Positions 49,986-61,013 are shown, counted from the stretch's first letter. The stretch: DNA of 64,000 nucleotides from a virus (IMGVR_UViG_3300028654_000014:18222-82221); one strand, 5' to 3'. Notes: generated by a model from the sequence alone, not told the origin. Translations and numbers: made by a program.

Positions 49986-51194
49986 TTATAAATCTTGTTG
50001 AACTATTACACCTAAACCTTGACCACCACCAGTAGCAAGTATAGCAGCTGGAGCAGCAACAGTTATACCAACATCATTAATTTCTTCAGAAACCATATTG
50101 TCAGAACGTATTAAAAATATTCTTCCTCCACCGCCTCCAGCTCCTCCACCACCGCCAGTACCTGTTGTAATACTATTACCACCAAACCCATTACCACCCG
50201 CTCCACCATTACCACCAGAAGCAGATAAAGCATTTAATACTAAAGGTCCAGATAATGTTTTATATGCAATATAAATATATCCACCGCCTCCACCACCACC
50301 TCCAGAACCACCACCAGTAACTCCAGCAGAAGCACCATTGGAACCGTTTCCACCATTACCACCATTTGCTTGAAAAACGTTAGAAGGAGTAGAAGAACTT
50401 TTTATAATATTTCTAGCATATAAAGCTATAACTCCACCACCGTTACCACCAGCTCCACCTGCTCCACCAGCATTTGTACCATCTCCACCACCAGAAGAAC
50501 CACCACGTCCACCTGCTCCACCATTTATTAATGTTACTCCAGCAAGAAAATTTGTTGTCCATGTTCTAATATCTTTTGGAGTAGGAGTAGTTGCAACACC
50601 AGCTGCTCCACCAGCATTAGTTCCAGCTCCTGCAACAGCAGAAGCTCCACCAGGTCCACCTCCACCAGTAATAGCACCACCAGCAGTACCAGCTGAACCT
50701 GCACCTGTACCAGAACTAGCTCCAGCACCACCTTGACTACCTACACCAATTGAACCTGCAACAGGAAGAGTAGGAGCTGTACCTCCTGTAGTTCCAGAAG
50801 CATTTCCACCATTTAAACCGTTTACATTTATTGCTCCAGCTTGAGCATTTGAAATATCTAAATTATTTAAAACAAATATTCTATAACCATTAGGATTTAA
50901 AACTCCTGTTCCAGAAAGAGTTAAATTGTTGTAATACATATCTCTTGTTAAAGTTGTTGTTCCTGAAGAAATTGTAATATTACCATCAGAACCATCACCA
51001 TAACTTTGTGATATTGTTGAAACTGCTGGACCAGATGAAGCGGCATAAGATAATCCTGTCCAAGCTGTAACTCCATCTCCAAATTTAAATTTTCCAGTAT
51101 CAGATTCAAGACCTATTTCACCTTGAGCTAATATTGGATTTGTTGAAGTCCATTGAGCTGCTGTACCATTTCGAAGTTCTATGTGATATGCCAT
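49986..51194 (-). CDS. Gly-rich fibre/receptor-binding protein, paralog 4
   Basis: Mtd_N-like IELRNGTAAQWTSTNPILAQGEIGLESDTGKFKFGDG plus polyGly domain. Confidence 0.75.
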   Translation of the reverse strand: MAYHIELRNGTAAQWTSTNPILAQGEIGLESDTGKFKFGDGVTAWTGLSYAASSGPAVSTISQSYGDGSDGNITISSGTTTLTRDMYYNNLTLSGTGVLNPNGYRIFVLNNLDISNAQAGAINVNGLNGGNASGTTGGTAPTLPVAGSIGVGSQGGAGASSGTGAGSAGTAGGAITGGGGPGGASAVAGAGTNAGGAAGVATTPTPKDIRTWTTNFLAGVTLINGGAGGRGGSSGGGDGTNAGGAGGAGGNGGGVIALYARNIIKSSSTPSNVFQANGGNGGNGSNGASAGVTGGGSGGGGGGGGYIYIAYKTLSGPLVLNALSASGGNGGAGGNGFGGNSITTGTGGGGGAGGGGGRIFLIRSDNMVSEEINDVGITVAAPAAILATGGGQGLGVIVQQDL

Positions 51195-51195
51195 T

Positions 51196-52416
51196 TTATA
51201 AACTCACTTGTACGATGTTACCAGCGCCACCTGCGCCACCAGTTCCAGCTGATTGAGCAGAACCAGCACTACCTGCTGAACCAAAAGATTCAGATCCTGT
51301 TCCATTTAATATATTTAATAATGTAACTCTACCACCTGATCCACCAGTACCTCCAGCTCCTCCAGATCCTACTGTTGAACTAGCAAATCCAACACCATTT
51401 CCACCTGTACCACCTGTACCACCAGAAGCTGATAAAGCATTTGTTGCAGTAGATCCAGTTAAAGTATTATAAATTACAAATACCCATCCACCACCTGAAC
51501 CTCCACCACCGCCCCCACCACCGGCAATACCAGTTGTAGGAGTTCCTCCAGCACCACCATTACCACCCAATGCTGAAATAGCGTTAGCAGCAGTAGATCC
51601 ACCACGTTTTATTATATTTGCATATAAAGCTAATACTCCACCGCTATTACCAGAAGCTCCTCCTCCTCCACCTTTATTAGTACTATCACCGCCTCCACCG
51701 CCTCCTGATCCTCCACTAGCTCCACCACTAATAAGTGTTATACCTTTAATTAAATCAATTGCCCAACGTCTAATTGATAAAGAAGCTGTTACAGTTCCAC
51801 CAGCAGCACTAGTACCACCTGCATTACTATTTCCAAAACCACCTGATCCACTAGCACCACCCGCTCCACCATTTCCTAATGCAGCAGTAGTACCAACAGT
51901 ACCTATTGTACCTGTTGTAAGTTGACCAGCACTACCAACTATACCAATAGAAGCTCCACCAATATTTCCAGCAGCTTGAGCAACAGGAGCAGTTCCACCA
52001 GTTCCATTTGCTTGTCCTGCTCCACCCATATTTCCATTAAAATTTATTGCTGAAGCTCCGGCAGCTGTAATATCTAATGTACCAGCTACAAATAATCTAA
52101 AACCTGCTGTGTATATTTGACCTGTACCACTAATCGTTAAATTATTAAAATATATATCTCTTGTTAAATTTAAAATACCAGCAGTTAATGTTATATTACC
52201 ATCTGATCCATCACCAAATGATTCTAAATCTTGTGTAGGAGCTGCACCGCTAACACCACCATATGATAAAGTTGAATAAGTTGAAGAACCATCACCAACT
52301 TTATAATTTCCAGTATCTCTTTCCCATCCAATTTCACCTTGAGCTAATATTGGATTTAATAAATACCAATCTGATTTAGTATCATTTCTTATTTGTATTT
52401 GAGAATTAACAGCCAT
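51196..52416 (-). CDS. Gly-rich fibre/receptor-binding protein, paralog 3
   Basis: Same architecture as its paralogs. Confidence 0.75.
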   Translation of the reverse strand: MAVNSQIQIRNDTKSDWYLLNPILAQGEIGWERDTGNYKVGDGSSTYSTLSYGGVSGAAPTQDLESFGDGSDGNITLTAGILNLTRDIYFNNLTISGTGQIYTAGFRLFVAGTLDITAAGASAINFNGNMGGAGQANGTGGTAPVAQAAGNIGGASIGIVGSAGQLTTGTIGTVGTTAALGNGGAGGASGSGGFGNSNAGGTSAAGGTVTASLSIRRWAIDLIKGITLISGGASGGSGGGGGGDSTNKGGGGGASGNSGGVLALYANIIKRGGSTAANAISALGGNGGAGGTPTTGIAGGGGGGGGSGGGWVFVIYNTLTGSTATNALSASGGTGGTGGNGVGFASSTVGSGGAGGTGGSGGRVTLLNILNGTGSESFGSAGSAGSAQSAGTGGAGGAGNIVQVSL

Positions 52417-52417
52417 T

Positions 52418-53623
52418 TTACAAACTCACTGAAAAATTGTTAAGACTTGCACCAGCTCCAGGAGTATTTCCTAAAGCAGTACCACCAAATGCTCCTGCTG
52501 AACCTGTAGAATCAGATGATGTTGAATTTAAAACATTTACTAAAGTTATTCTTCCACCAGAACCACTTCCACCACCATTACCACCAGCACCTGTACCAAA
52601 ACCTTGTCCACCTGATCCTCCAGCTCCACCAGCAGCTTGTAAAGCATTTGTTGCAGTTGAACCGATTAAACTATTATAAAATATAATAATCCAACCTCCA
52701 CCACCACCAGCTGATCCTCCTCCTCCACCAGTATTTCCTATACTATTCATTCCACTTGATCCACCAGTACCACCATTTGCTTGAATAGAAAATTGACTTG
52801 TACTTCCACCTCTATTTATTATATTTGCATAAATAGCAATTAATCCTCCACCATTTGCACCTGATCCACTGGCTCCAGATAGATTAACACCATCGCCACC
52901 ACCACTTCCACCAGAAGCACCACCTATTCCTGGTCTTATTAATGTTGTATTTCTTAATAATTCAGTTTCATATCTTCTAATTGGAAGAGATAAAGATCCT
53001 GTACCACCAGTACCACCATTTCCACCAGTATTTGTAGCTGAAGCTCCACCTGATGCACCATTACCACCATTACCACCATTTACAGGACTAGCATTTGCTG
53101 AAGAATTTCCAGTTGTACCTGTTGTTGTTGAACCAGCTACTCCAGCTACTCCAGTTGTTGGACCACCTAATGATTGAGAAGGTTGTGCTGCGGGAGCAGG
53201 ACCCGCTGTAGATGTTCCGATACTTATACCATTATTACCATTCCAACTAATTGCACCTTGAGCTGCTGCTGTAATATCTAAAGTTCCAGATACAAATATT
53301 CTGTATCCATTTGTTATTAAAGTTCCAGTACCATTAATAGTAAGATTATTATAATACATATCTCTTACTAAAACTGTAATACCTGAACTGATTGTTACGT
53401 TACCATCTGAACTATCACCAAAGAATTTAAAAACATTTGAAGATGCTGGTCCAATTAAACCACCATAAGATAATGCAGTCCAAGTTGAAGTAGCATTAGG
53501 ACTAATTTTATATTTACCTGTATCAGTTTCTAAACCAATTTCACCAGCAGCTAATACAGGATTAACTGAAGTCCAATTTGCTGCGGTATCTCTTCTAATT
53601 TGTATTATTCTTGAAGCTGGCAT
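52418..53623 (-). CDS. Gly-rich fibre/receptor-binding protein, paralog 2
   Basis: Same architecture as its paralogs. Confidence 0.75.
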   Translation of the reverse strand: MPASRIIQIRRDTAANWTSVNPVLAAGEIGLETDTGKYKISPNATSTWTALSYGGLIGPASSNVFKFFGDSSDGNVTISSGITVLVRDMYYNNLTINGTGTLITNGYRIFVSGTLDITAAAQGAISWNGNNGISIGTSTAGPAPAAQPSQSLGGPTTGVAGVAGSTTTGTTGNSSANASPVNGGNGGNGASGGASATNTGGNGGTGGTGSLSLPIRRYETELLRNTTLIRPGIGGASGGSGGGDGVNLSGASGSGANGGGLIAIYANIINRGGSTSQFSIQANGGTGGSSGMNSIGNTGGGGGSAGGGGGWIIIFYNSLIGSTATNALQAAGGAGGSGGQGFGTGAGGNGGGSGSGGRITLVNVLNSTSSDSTGSAGAFGGTALGNTPGAGASLNNFSVSL

Positions 53624-54852
53624 TATAAATTCACCCGCATAATATTACCAGCACCACCTGTTGTACCTAATGTAGTTGTTGCTGTGACTGCTGCCGATCC
53701 TGCTGATCCTATTGAATCTGTACTTGTATTATTTAATAAATTATATAAAGTTACTCTTCCCCCACCACCGCCAGTACCACCTGTACCACCAACAGCACCA
53801 GCACCAGCTGCTGAACCATTTCCACCGTTACCACCATCACAACTTAAAGCACCTGTAGCAGTTGAACCAGTGAGAGTATTATAGACTAAATATATCCATC
53901 CTCCACCGCCTCCACCACCACCTCCACCGCCTCCAGAATTTGCAGTAGGAGTTCCACCACCATTACCACCAGTAGCACCATCAACATTTATAACTTCAGA
54001 TCCAGTACTTCCACTTCGATTTATTATATTTGCCCAAATTCCAATAACATTACCACCAGCACCACCGCCTCCTCCACCACGTCCAGTAGCACCACTTGTA
54101 CCACCACCACCTGATCCTCCAGAACCGCCAGTTCCTCCTATAAGAAGATTAGAACTTTTTAATAAATCAATTTCATAACGTCTAATTGGTAATGCTGTAT
54201 TTGTTCCGATAGATCCAACAGTTCCTCCAGTATTGGCACCAGCAGTTCCACCAATACCACCAGCTCCTCCTGAACTTCCATTTGCAAAAGCTACAGCAGC
54301 AACGTTACCACTAGCACCACCTTGAGTATTAACTCCACCAGCTCCTCCAGCACTACCAGCACCATTAGTTCCTAAAGTATTAGGAGCACTAGCAGCACCA
54401 CCAACAGCACCAGCAGTAGATGCTGAACTAGCTCCAGCATTTGCATTATTAATTATTGAAAAACTTCCAGCAGCACTTATATCTAATGTACCAGCTACAA
54501 ATATTCTAAAACTATTTGTATTTATAGAACCAGAACCACTAATTGTTAAATTATTAAAATAAGCATCTCTAGTTAAGACACCAAAATTTAAAGGTCCTGA
54601 TGATGTAAAATTTGATACAACATTTAAATTTCCATCACTAGCATCACCAAAGAATTTAAATATTTGAGTATTAGCCGGACCAATCATTCCACCATAAGAA
54701 AGTGAATTCCAAGCGATATTATCATCAAGACCAATTTTATAAAGTCTTGTGTCAGTTTCTAAACCAATCTCTCCTTCAGCAAGAAAAGGATTTGCAGCAG
54801 TCCATTGAGCTGCTGTACCTTGTCTTACCGTTAAAAGAGTACTTCGAGGCAT
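53623..54852 (-). CDS. Gly-rich fibre/receptor-binding protein, paralog 1
   Basis: Same architecture as its paralogs. Confidence 0.75.
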   Translation of the reverse strand: MPRSTLLTVRQGTAAQWTAANPFLAEGEIGLETDTRLYKIGLDDNIAWNSLSYGGMIGPANTQIFKFFGDASDGNLNVVSNFTSSGPLNFGVLTRDAYFNNLTISGSGSINTNSFRIFVAGTLDISAAGSFSIINNANAGASSASTAGAVGGAASAPNTLGTNGAGSAGGAGGVNTQGGASGNVAAVAFANGSSGGAGGIGGTAGANTGGTVGSIGTNTALPIRRYEIDLLKSSNLLIGGTGGSGGSGGGGTSGATGRGGGGGGAGGNVIGIWANIINRSGSTGSEVINVDGATGGNGGGTPTANSGGGGGGGGGGGGWIYLVYNTLTGSTATGALSCDGGNGGNGSAAGAGAVGGTGGTGGGGGRVTLYNLLNNTSTDSIGSAGSAAVTATTTLGTTGGAGNIMRVNL

Positions 54853-54855
54853 AAA

Positions 54856-56169
54856 TTAAGGAGTTCCTCCGACAATAACCTGAGCGGCTGTATAAAGAGA
54901 AGCAGCAGTACCACCATCAATATTATTATTTGCAATAGCTGTTGCAAAACTTAAATTACCAGAACCATCATTTTGTAAAAATGTTCCTATTGCTCCTTGA
55001 GATGAAGGAAGAGTTAATGTATAACTTGTAACTGTTGAAGGTGCTGTAACATTTACTGTACCAGAAATTGATCCATAAAATTTTGTATAACCTGTGTATA
55101 TACCACTTCCAACTTGTAACGAATCAACTCCATTATCTGTAACTGTATCAATGAGAACATTTCCTGTTGAATTTATTCTCATACGTTCAGTAGCTGTTAC
55201 TGATCCTGTTGGAGTTGTAGAAAATGCTAAATAAGTTGCATTAGAAGTATTTGTAAATGTTTCACCTGCTGTAATAGTTATAACTCCAGTACTTGCAGCA
55301 GCGAATTGTGATGTTCCATATCCTCTACCACTATATACTGATAAATTATCACCAGATTGAACAGCGGAAGGAGATAAAACAGTTCCTCTAGCAAATCTTC
55401 CTCTAAATGGAACAGATGATCCTACACCATAAGCAGTTGATTGAATAGGTTTTGCTATTCCATTCGCATTTACAATATCTAAAGATGTTGTTGTTCCTGG
55501 AATAGTATTAAGACCTAAAGTAAAATTAGTATCATCCCAGAAAAATTTAGAATTATCTTGAGTTAAAGAAGTACCATTTGAAAATATAACAGAACCAGCA
55601 GTATAAGCAGAACTATTATTTGTTCCACCATTTGCAATAGGAATAATTCCACTTAAAGATCCAGCTGGTAAATTAGTTAGATTACTACCATTAATTACAC
55701 CAAAAGTTCCACCAGATATTTGAGAACCTGAAAGAGCTAAAGATGATGCTGATGTTAAAGCTGATAATGTAGTTAAAGTTGAATTTGATGTTGCTGTAAT
55801 ATTTGAAGCAGTTCCTGTAATAGATCCAGAAGGAATAACATAATCAGTTCCAGCTGAAGCTGCACTAATTGCTGTACCATTTCCTTTTAATAAACCTGTT
55901 ATTGAAGTTGAAACTGTAATAGCTGGAGTTGTAGTTGGATTTGAAACTGTTCCAGAAAAACCATTAGCACTTACAACTGAAACATTTGTTACTGTTCCAC
56001 CTGCTAAAGTACTTGATATTGTAATTGTATTTGCTACAGATGTTACTGTAATTCCACTACCGGCAGCAATTGTTATATTAGGTCCAGGTTGACCATTAAT
56101 ACCTGTGATAGTTCCACCACCACCTCCACCGCCCGTATCACTGGGGATGTTAATAAAAATATCACTCAT
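54856..56169 (-). CDS. tail fibre protein
   Basis: PIANGGTNN, TERMRINSTGNV, YTLTLPSSQG fibre motifs. Confidence 0.7.
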   Translation of the reverse strand: MSDIFINIPSDTGGGGGGGTITGINGQPGPNITIAAGSGITVTSVANTITISSTLAGGTVTNVSVVSANGFSGTVSNPTTTPAITVSTSITGLLKGNGTAISAASAGTDYVIPSGSITGTASNITATSNSTLTTLSALTSASSLALSGSQISGGTFGVINGSNLTNLPAGSLSGIIPIANGGTNNSSAYTAGSVIFSNGTSLTQDNSKFFWDDTNFTLGLNTIPGTTTSLDIVNANGIAKPIQSTAYGVGSSVPFRGRFARGTVLSPSAVQSGDNLSVYSGRGYGTSQFAAASTGVITITAGETFTNTSNATYLAFSTTPTGSVTATERMRINSTGNVLIDTVTDNGVDSLQVGSGIYTGYTKFYGSISGTVNVTAPSTVTSYTLTLPSSQGAIGTFLQNDGSGNLSFATAIANNNIDGGTAASLYTAAQVIVGGTP

Positions 56170-56170
56170 A

Positions 56171-56518
56171 TTACCTTCTTTTTGTATTAATTGTAGCTGT
56201 CATTGTTCCTGATCCAGATCCTGCTAGATACAATAATTGAACCCAAGAGTATGCTGGAAATTCAACATTAATTAAATAACTTCCTGCACCATTTATAACG
56301 GCAGCAGATGTATTAATTAACGTATAAGTAATTCCATCATTTGAACCTTGTATTTCAATATTTCCAACAGGAGATCCAGTGTAAACAGCTTGAATTGAGT
56401 AACTTACAACTTCATCAATGTTATAAGGTAAAGATGTGATACTACTGGACATATTTCCAACAACACCACTATCTCCTCCAACTAATTTCTTATTACTTAC
56501 GTGTACTGGTTCTGACAT
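56171..56518 (-). CDS. small beta-sandwich virion protein
   Basis: IEIQGSNDG motif. Confidence 0.55.
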   Translation of the reverse strand: MSEPVHVSNKKLVGGDSGVVGNMSSSITSLPYNIDEVVSYSIQAVYTGSPVGNIEIQGSNDGITYTLINTSAAVINGAGSYLINVEFPAYSWVQLLYLAGSGSGTMTATINTKRR

Positions 56519-56547
56519 AAAATACCTCTACTTAAGAGTTGTTAAAT

Positions 56548-58638
56548 TTATTTATTCGAAACATTACCCATTGCTGCTTGTTGAATTGCAGGATTTGCCA
56601 ATAAATGAGCTGGAACTTTTGCAGGTCCGGCTGGATTTATATGAGTAATTCCAACACCTTGGGGAGCTGGACCAGCAACGGTTTGACCAGCTTCAGGACT
56701 CATCATAGGAGCTACGTTTGTTTGAGGAGCATTTCCTTGAGGTCCTGGTCCACCATTAGGTTGTCCCCCTGGAGGATTATTATTGTTTGGTTGAAGAGGA
56801 GGTAAAGCTTGTTCACCTCTCATTTGTAATAAAGCAGGATCAGTATTCCTTAAAGCATTCATATGAGCTTCAATATGGTCCATAACAATTTTTACAAGGT
56901 TTGGATCATTTCTAAGATCAGGATCAGCAATAACAGCAGAATGTTCATCAATATGAACACTATGTTTATCCATTGGTGATACTAAAGGATTCTTACCTTC
57001 GAGCAATTCTTCATTTTCTTTTTTAATTAACATTAAATCATCAACTTCACCTTCAAACATTGCTTCTAGTTTTCCAGTATTGATAACTTGAAAGTATTGC
57101 TGGGGATTTTTAATAATCTTCATTTGCATCATTTGTTCGGCCATTTGAACACGACCTGCAATTGTTCTTGATAAAGGATTACCCATATCAACTACAACAC
57201 GATTGATAGCAGAAATCTTTTCGCCAGTAAATTCTTTTAGTAATGGACGATTATTTTTACCAACAAGTGTAATAACTTTAGGAGTATTGGCAAAATCTTT
57301 TAATATTTGAATAACAGCAGTACCAACATCTTCTACTAATTTTACATAATTTTGTTGAAGTCCAGAAATAAATTGTAATGCTTGAGATTGAACAAGAGCT
57401 AAAGCTGTTCCTGATTTTAAAGAAGCTTCAGGATTTCCTCTAGCAACACTATTAACTCCTGAAATTGTTTCAGCAGCTTGAATAAGCATATCTAAAAATT
57501 TAAATATCTCAGCAGGAGTTTGAGTAAGATTTAATGCTTCAGGTTTCTGAGGAGATTCAATAATATTCATTGCTCCTTCAAGATTACTAATAGATATATC
57601 AGCACCCCTTGGCATCCAAACATTCTGAACACCAAAAGCATTTTGATTAGTCATAATAGTTCCATAAAGAGAATTAATACCCTCTTGAATTGGAAAAATA
57701 TCAAACATTGGTGTATAACCATAAGGTGTTCCTAAAATTTCACTAGGAACAATTCTAAATACAGGAATAGTTCTATAAGGTAATTTAGCATCAATTAAAA
57801 CAACATCTGAATCTAAAAATAACATATATCTACCATCAGGCATTGATTCAGTTTGTTTATGGAAAAATTCATATACTGCAATATCATCAGTATCATCATT
57901 AGACCAAATTGCTAATCTAAAAGTTGTTCCTTGATTCTTTGGAGGTAATGCTTTAATTTTATCAGCATATTCAGGATACTTAGCCATTAAATCGAAACGA
58001 TTAACCCAATTACGAGTTAATAACCATTCATTATTCCAAGTTTCTTTAGTACCATCCATTACTACATCAAATGGTGTCATAGTTGAAAATTCTAATTCAC
58101 CTTCTCGAACAGGTTCATTAGTATCAGGATCAACTTCATAAATTTCACCAGCTGTTGCGTTCCAAGCTAACTTTACATAACCAGCACCTAAAACAACTGC
58201 CAATTCTGTAGCACGTTTTAAAGCATCTTCTAAATTCTTTTCTCTCATATAATAATCAAGAATTTGATTAGCAAGATAAGTTTGAGCATAAGATTTATAA
58301 TCAGTATTAATTGCTCTAGCTTCCATTGTTGGACGAGAAGAAGTAATCATTACATAAATATGCTGGGCTAAATTTCTAAAATGATTAATAGGAATTTGAA
58401 CTAATTCACCTTGTTCTCCAGTGAATTGAACTCTATGTCCACCACCGACATAATCATTTAAATAAGCACCATGATAAGCTCTCCACATATTTTGTAATTT
58501 CTCAAGATGATGATTAGATCTTAGAACATTAAAAAATGAATCAGCTTTTCCTAATAATATTCCAGCTGCGTCTTTTGCAGGTTTAGCTGCGAAATATACA
58601 TCATTAGGAGAACTAGATGAATTAAATGTATCTGCCAT
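56548..58638 (-). CDS. portal protein
   Basis: 696 aa directly after terminase; GYVKLAWN, ETISGVNSVARG, SGTALAL P22-like portal motifs. Confidence 0.88.
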   Translation of the reverse strand: MADTFNSSSSPNDVYFAAKPAKDAAGILLGKADSFFNVLRSNHHLEKLQNMWRAYHGAYLNDYVGGGHRVQFTGEQGELVQIPINHFRNLAQHIYVMITSSRPTMEARAINTDYKSYAQTYLANQILDYYMREKNLEDALKRATELAVVLGAGYVKLAWNATAGEIYEVDPDTNEPVREGELEFSTMTPFDVVMDGTKETWNNEWLLTRNWVNRFDLMAKYPEYADKIKALPPKNQGTTFRLAIWSNDDTDDIAVYEFFHKQTESMPDGRYMLFLDSDVVLIDAKLPYRTIPVFRIVPSEILGTPYGYTPMFDIFPIQEGINSLYGTIMTNQNAFGVQNVWMPRGADISISNLEGAMNIIESPQKPEALNLTQTPAEIFKFLDMLIQAAETISGVNSVARGNPEASLKSGTALALVQSQALQFISGLQQNYVKLVEDVGTAVIQILKDFANTPKVITLVGKNNRPLLKEFTGEKISAINRVVVDMGNPLSRTIAGRVQMAEQMMQMKIIKNPQQYFQVINTGKLEAMFEGEVDDLMLIKKENEELLEGKNPLVSPMDKHSVHIDEHSAVIADPDLRNDPNLVKIVMDHIEAHMNALRNTDPALLQMRGEQALPPLQPNNNNPPGGQPNGGPGPQGNAPQTNVAPMMSPEAGQTVAGPAPQGVGITHINPAGPAKVPAHLLANPAIQQAAMGNVSNK

Positions 58639-58641
58639 AAA

Positions 58642-60135
58642 TTAATACTTCTTTCTTGGTCTGTAACCAAAGATCTTTTTATAAATCTCTAATTGGTCAT
58701 TTTTTGATTCACGGAATTTAGCCGGATCTTTAATAAATATATTTTTCATATCTAATTGATAATGAGCAGGATAAGGATTGTGTCGGAAATCAATTGAACG
58801 AACTAAATATTTCAAAGCTTCAACTGCATCATAATGTCCATCATCAACACTTCTTGCAAACTTTTTTCTTTGCTTATCCCATCGAGCATTCTTTAAATGT
58901 CTAATTAAAGTTACACATTTAGGATCAATAATAATCTTTTTATTAGCAATAAGAATTCTTAAATTATTAATCATTGCTTCATTACTATCTTTTGTTGTTA
59001 CTTGAAAATTAATAGTTTCATTTTGCGGGACCATTTTTTTACTTTGATTGTAAATCTCTTGAGTAAAAACATAATCTATATCACTAATACGTTTATATGG
59101 AACTTTAAATTCTCCACTAATAGGATTAGTCCAAAGAGCTTTCTCTTTTTTATTTTGTTGTTGGATTAATAATTCAATTGTTTGATCTTTATTTCTAAAA
59201 TCCATTATTAATTCATCTTGAATAATAATTTTATCAGCTCTAAAATCATAATAACCAAATATAAGAGCAGTAAAATCTTTACCACCAGTATCCATTCCAA
59301 CATAAGCATCATAGAAAGGAGGAAATGGCCAATCTTTTACAACTTCTTTAGCCATATTTTCATCAAATTCAGGTATAACAGAATGATTAGAATCTTTAAT
59401 TATTTCACAATAAAGTTCTCTACGAGTTTCTTCAGAATTAATTCCACCTAGTTCTTCTATTAATTCATCTTTTTGTTGTTTAGTAATTCTAGGATTATCA
59501 TCAATTGTTTTTTTAATTAAGCTACCTTTTAATTCAGCATTCTCAATATATTTTAAAAAGTCATGATCTAATTCTTTTGGAGGAGTTGAAGCCAAAACTC
59601 CCTTACCTTTTGTAATAAGAGTTGTAGGCATAAGAATACTTTTTACTAAATTCTCTAAATCAGAACAACTTCCAGCTTCATCAATAAACCAAATATGAGA
59701 ATCTCCACCGCGAAGTTTTTCAGCATGACCACCATCAGAACCAGCTAATTGAACCTCAGAACCATTAGGAAAATAATAAATATAATCCTTACTTTTAAAT
59801 TCAGGTTTAATATCATCAGGACAATCTTCTAATATTTGTCTAAAGATAGGTCTAACGATTTGTGTAATTTGTACTTTAGTTGGAGCAACAAATTTAACTA
59901 TGCTATTTGGTTTTCGAATACATTGTTCTAAAGCTAATATACAAAGAGTATAAGTTTTTCCTTGTCTACGAGAAAGAAGCCAAGTCATTATTTTATGATC
60001 ATTATTATAAAAGAGTTCATATAACTCTTTTTGAGTACCATCAAGTTTAAATGATAGCGAACCTCTCCTCCACAATTCGTTGAGAGCTGTTCTTTTTTCT
60101 TGTTCTTTACTTGTTATCATTTCCATTATTTTCAA
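58642..60135 (-). CDS. terL: terminase large subunit
   Basis: SRRQGKT Walker A, FIDEAG Walker B, ASTP, GMDTGGKD and HYDAVEAL nuclease motifs. Confidence 0.92.
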   Translation of the reverse strand: MKIMEMITSKEQEKRTALNELWRRGSLSFKLDGTQKELYELFYNNDHKIMTWLLSRRQGKTYTLCILALEQCIRKPNSIVKFVAPTKVQITQIVRPIFRQILEDCPDDIKPEFKSKDYIYYFPNGSEVQLAGSDGGHAEKLRGGDSHIWFIDEAGSCSDLENLVKSILMPTTLITKGKGVLASTPPKELDHDFLKYIENAELKGSLIKKTIDDNPRITKQQKDELIEELGGINSEETRRELYCEIIKDSNHSVIPEFDENMAKEVVKDWPFPPFYDAYVGMDTGGKDFTALIFGYYDFRADKIIIQDELIMDFRNKDQTIELLIQQQNKKEKALWTNPISGEFKVPYKRISDIDYVFTQEIYNQSKKMVPQNETINFQVTTKDSNEAMINNLRILIANKKIIIDPKCVTLIRHLKNARWDKQRKKFARSVDDGHYDAVEALKYLVRSIDFRHNPYPAHYQLDMKNIFIKDPAKFRESKNDQLEIYKKIFGYRPRKKY

Positions 60136-60526
60136 CTAGTTTCAATAGATCTTCAGTTTTTAAATCTTTAACTTCTTTTTCTCTTTGAGTTGGACGAGAA
60201 TTAATTTGATTCAATATTCTAAAATAAGTATCAAGTCTCTTACATTCTTCATAAGTTAATTCACGTTCTAAAGTCATATTTTTTAATTTACTAATTTCAA
60301 CAGTACAAATATATTCAGTATCATCACCAGAAATTTGATTAACACCTTCTGGTTGAGTTTTTAAAAGAGGAACAGAAGATTCTAAAAGAGTTTTTAAATG
60401 ATCTCTTTCATCTTCTATTTTTTGAATCTTTTTAGACAATTGGATAATAGTAGTTTGTTGAGCCATTGCATATTCTTGCAATTGATTTAATTCTTTATAT
60501 TGTAGAATTGTTTTATCGATAGCCAT
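60107..60526 (-). CDS. putative terminase small subunit
   Basis: Immediately upstream of and overlapping terL. Confidence 0.45.
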   Translation of the reverse strand: MAIDKTILQYKELNQLQEYAMAQQTTIIQLSKKIQKIEDERDHLKTLLESSVPLLKTQPEGVNQISGDDTEYICTVEISKLKNMTLERELTYEECKRLDTYFRILNQINSRPTQREKEVKDLKTEDLLKLVENNGNDNK

Positions 60527-60813
60527 TATCTGCTACCCATTGCTCTCATACCAGAAGAAAGTTTCAAAGAAGTAACAGTTGTTTTTAAATTTTCAATCTC
60601 TTTTGTTTTTTCATCAAAACTATTTTGTAGAGAATTTACTTTCTGTTCTAATTCATCATGTTTATTTTCTTTAATTTTTAATTCAAAGAAACAAAAAGCA
60701 GCGGCTAGTATGCCCAAAACTAAAACTTCTGGATAACCAGGAGATTGAGCAAGGGTTTTACCAAAGTAGGCAACAAAAGCCAATAACGGTATAAGCCGTT
60801 TAATTTGATTCAT
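60526..60813 (-). CDS. membrane protein with coiled coil
   Basis: Two hydrophobic helices then a coiled coil. Confidence 0.55.
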   Translation of the reverse strand: MNQIKRLIPLLAFVAYFGKTLAQSPGYPEVLVLGILAAAFCFFELKIKENKHDELEQKVNSLQNSFDEKTKEIENLKTTVTSLKLSSGMRAMGSR

Positions 60814-61013
60814 TATACACCTCAATATTTAATTTTTAGTAATAAAGACATTTTAAAGTGTTAGATACAAATCGGAAATCAATCCATCACCCCACTAGAG
60901 GTATTTATCGTTACTTCTGTCTTATTTATAGTTGTTAAGTGTAGAATTGCTGAAAAATCACTTACTTAGCCGTTTTTGGAATTTGATATTTACTTGTGTT
61001 AACAACTACTTAC

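Noticed and set aside
49986-54852. Diversity-generating retroelement targeting the Mtd_N-like genes
   Set aside because: No reverse transcriptase in the window and no template/variable repeat pair differing at adenines was seen
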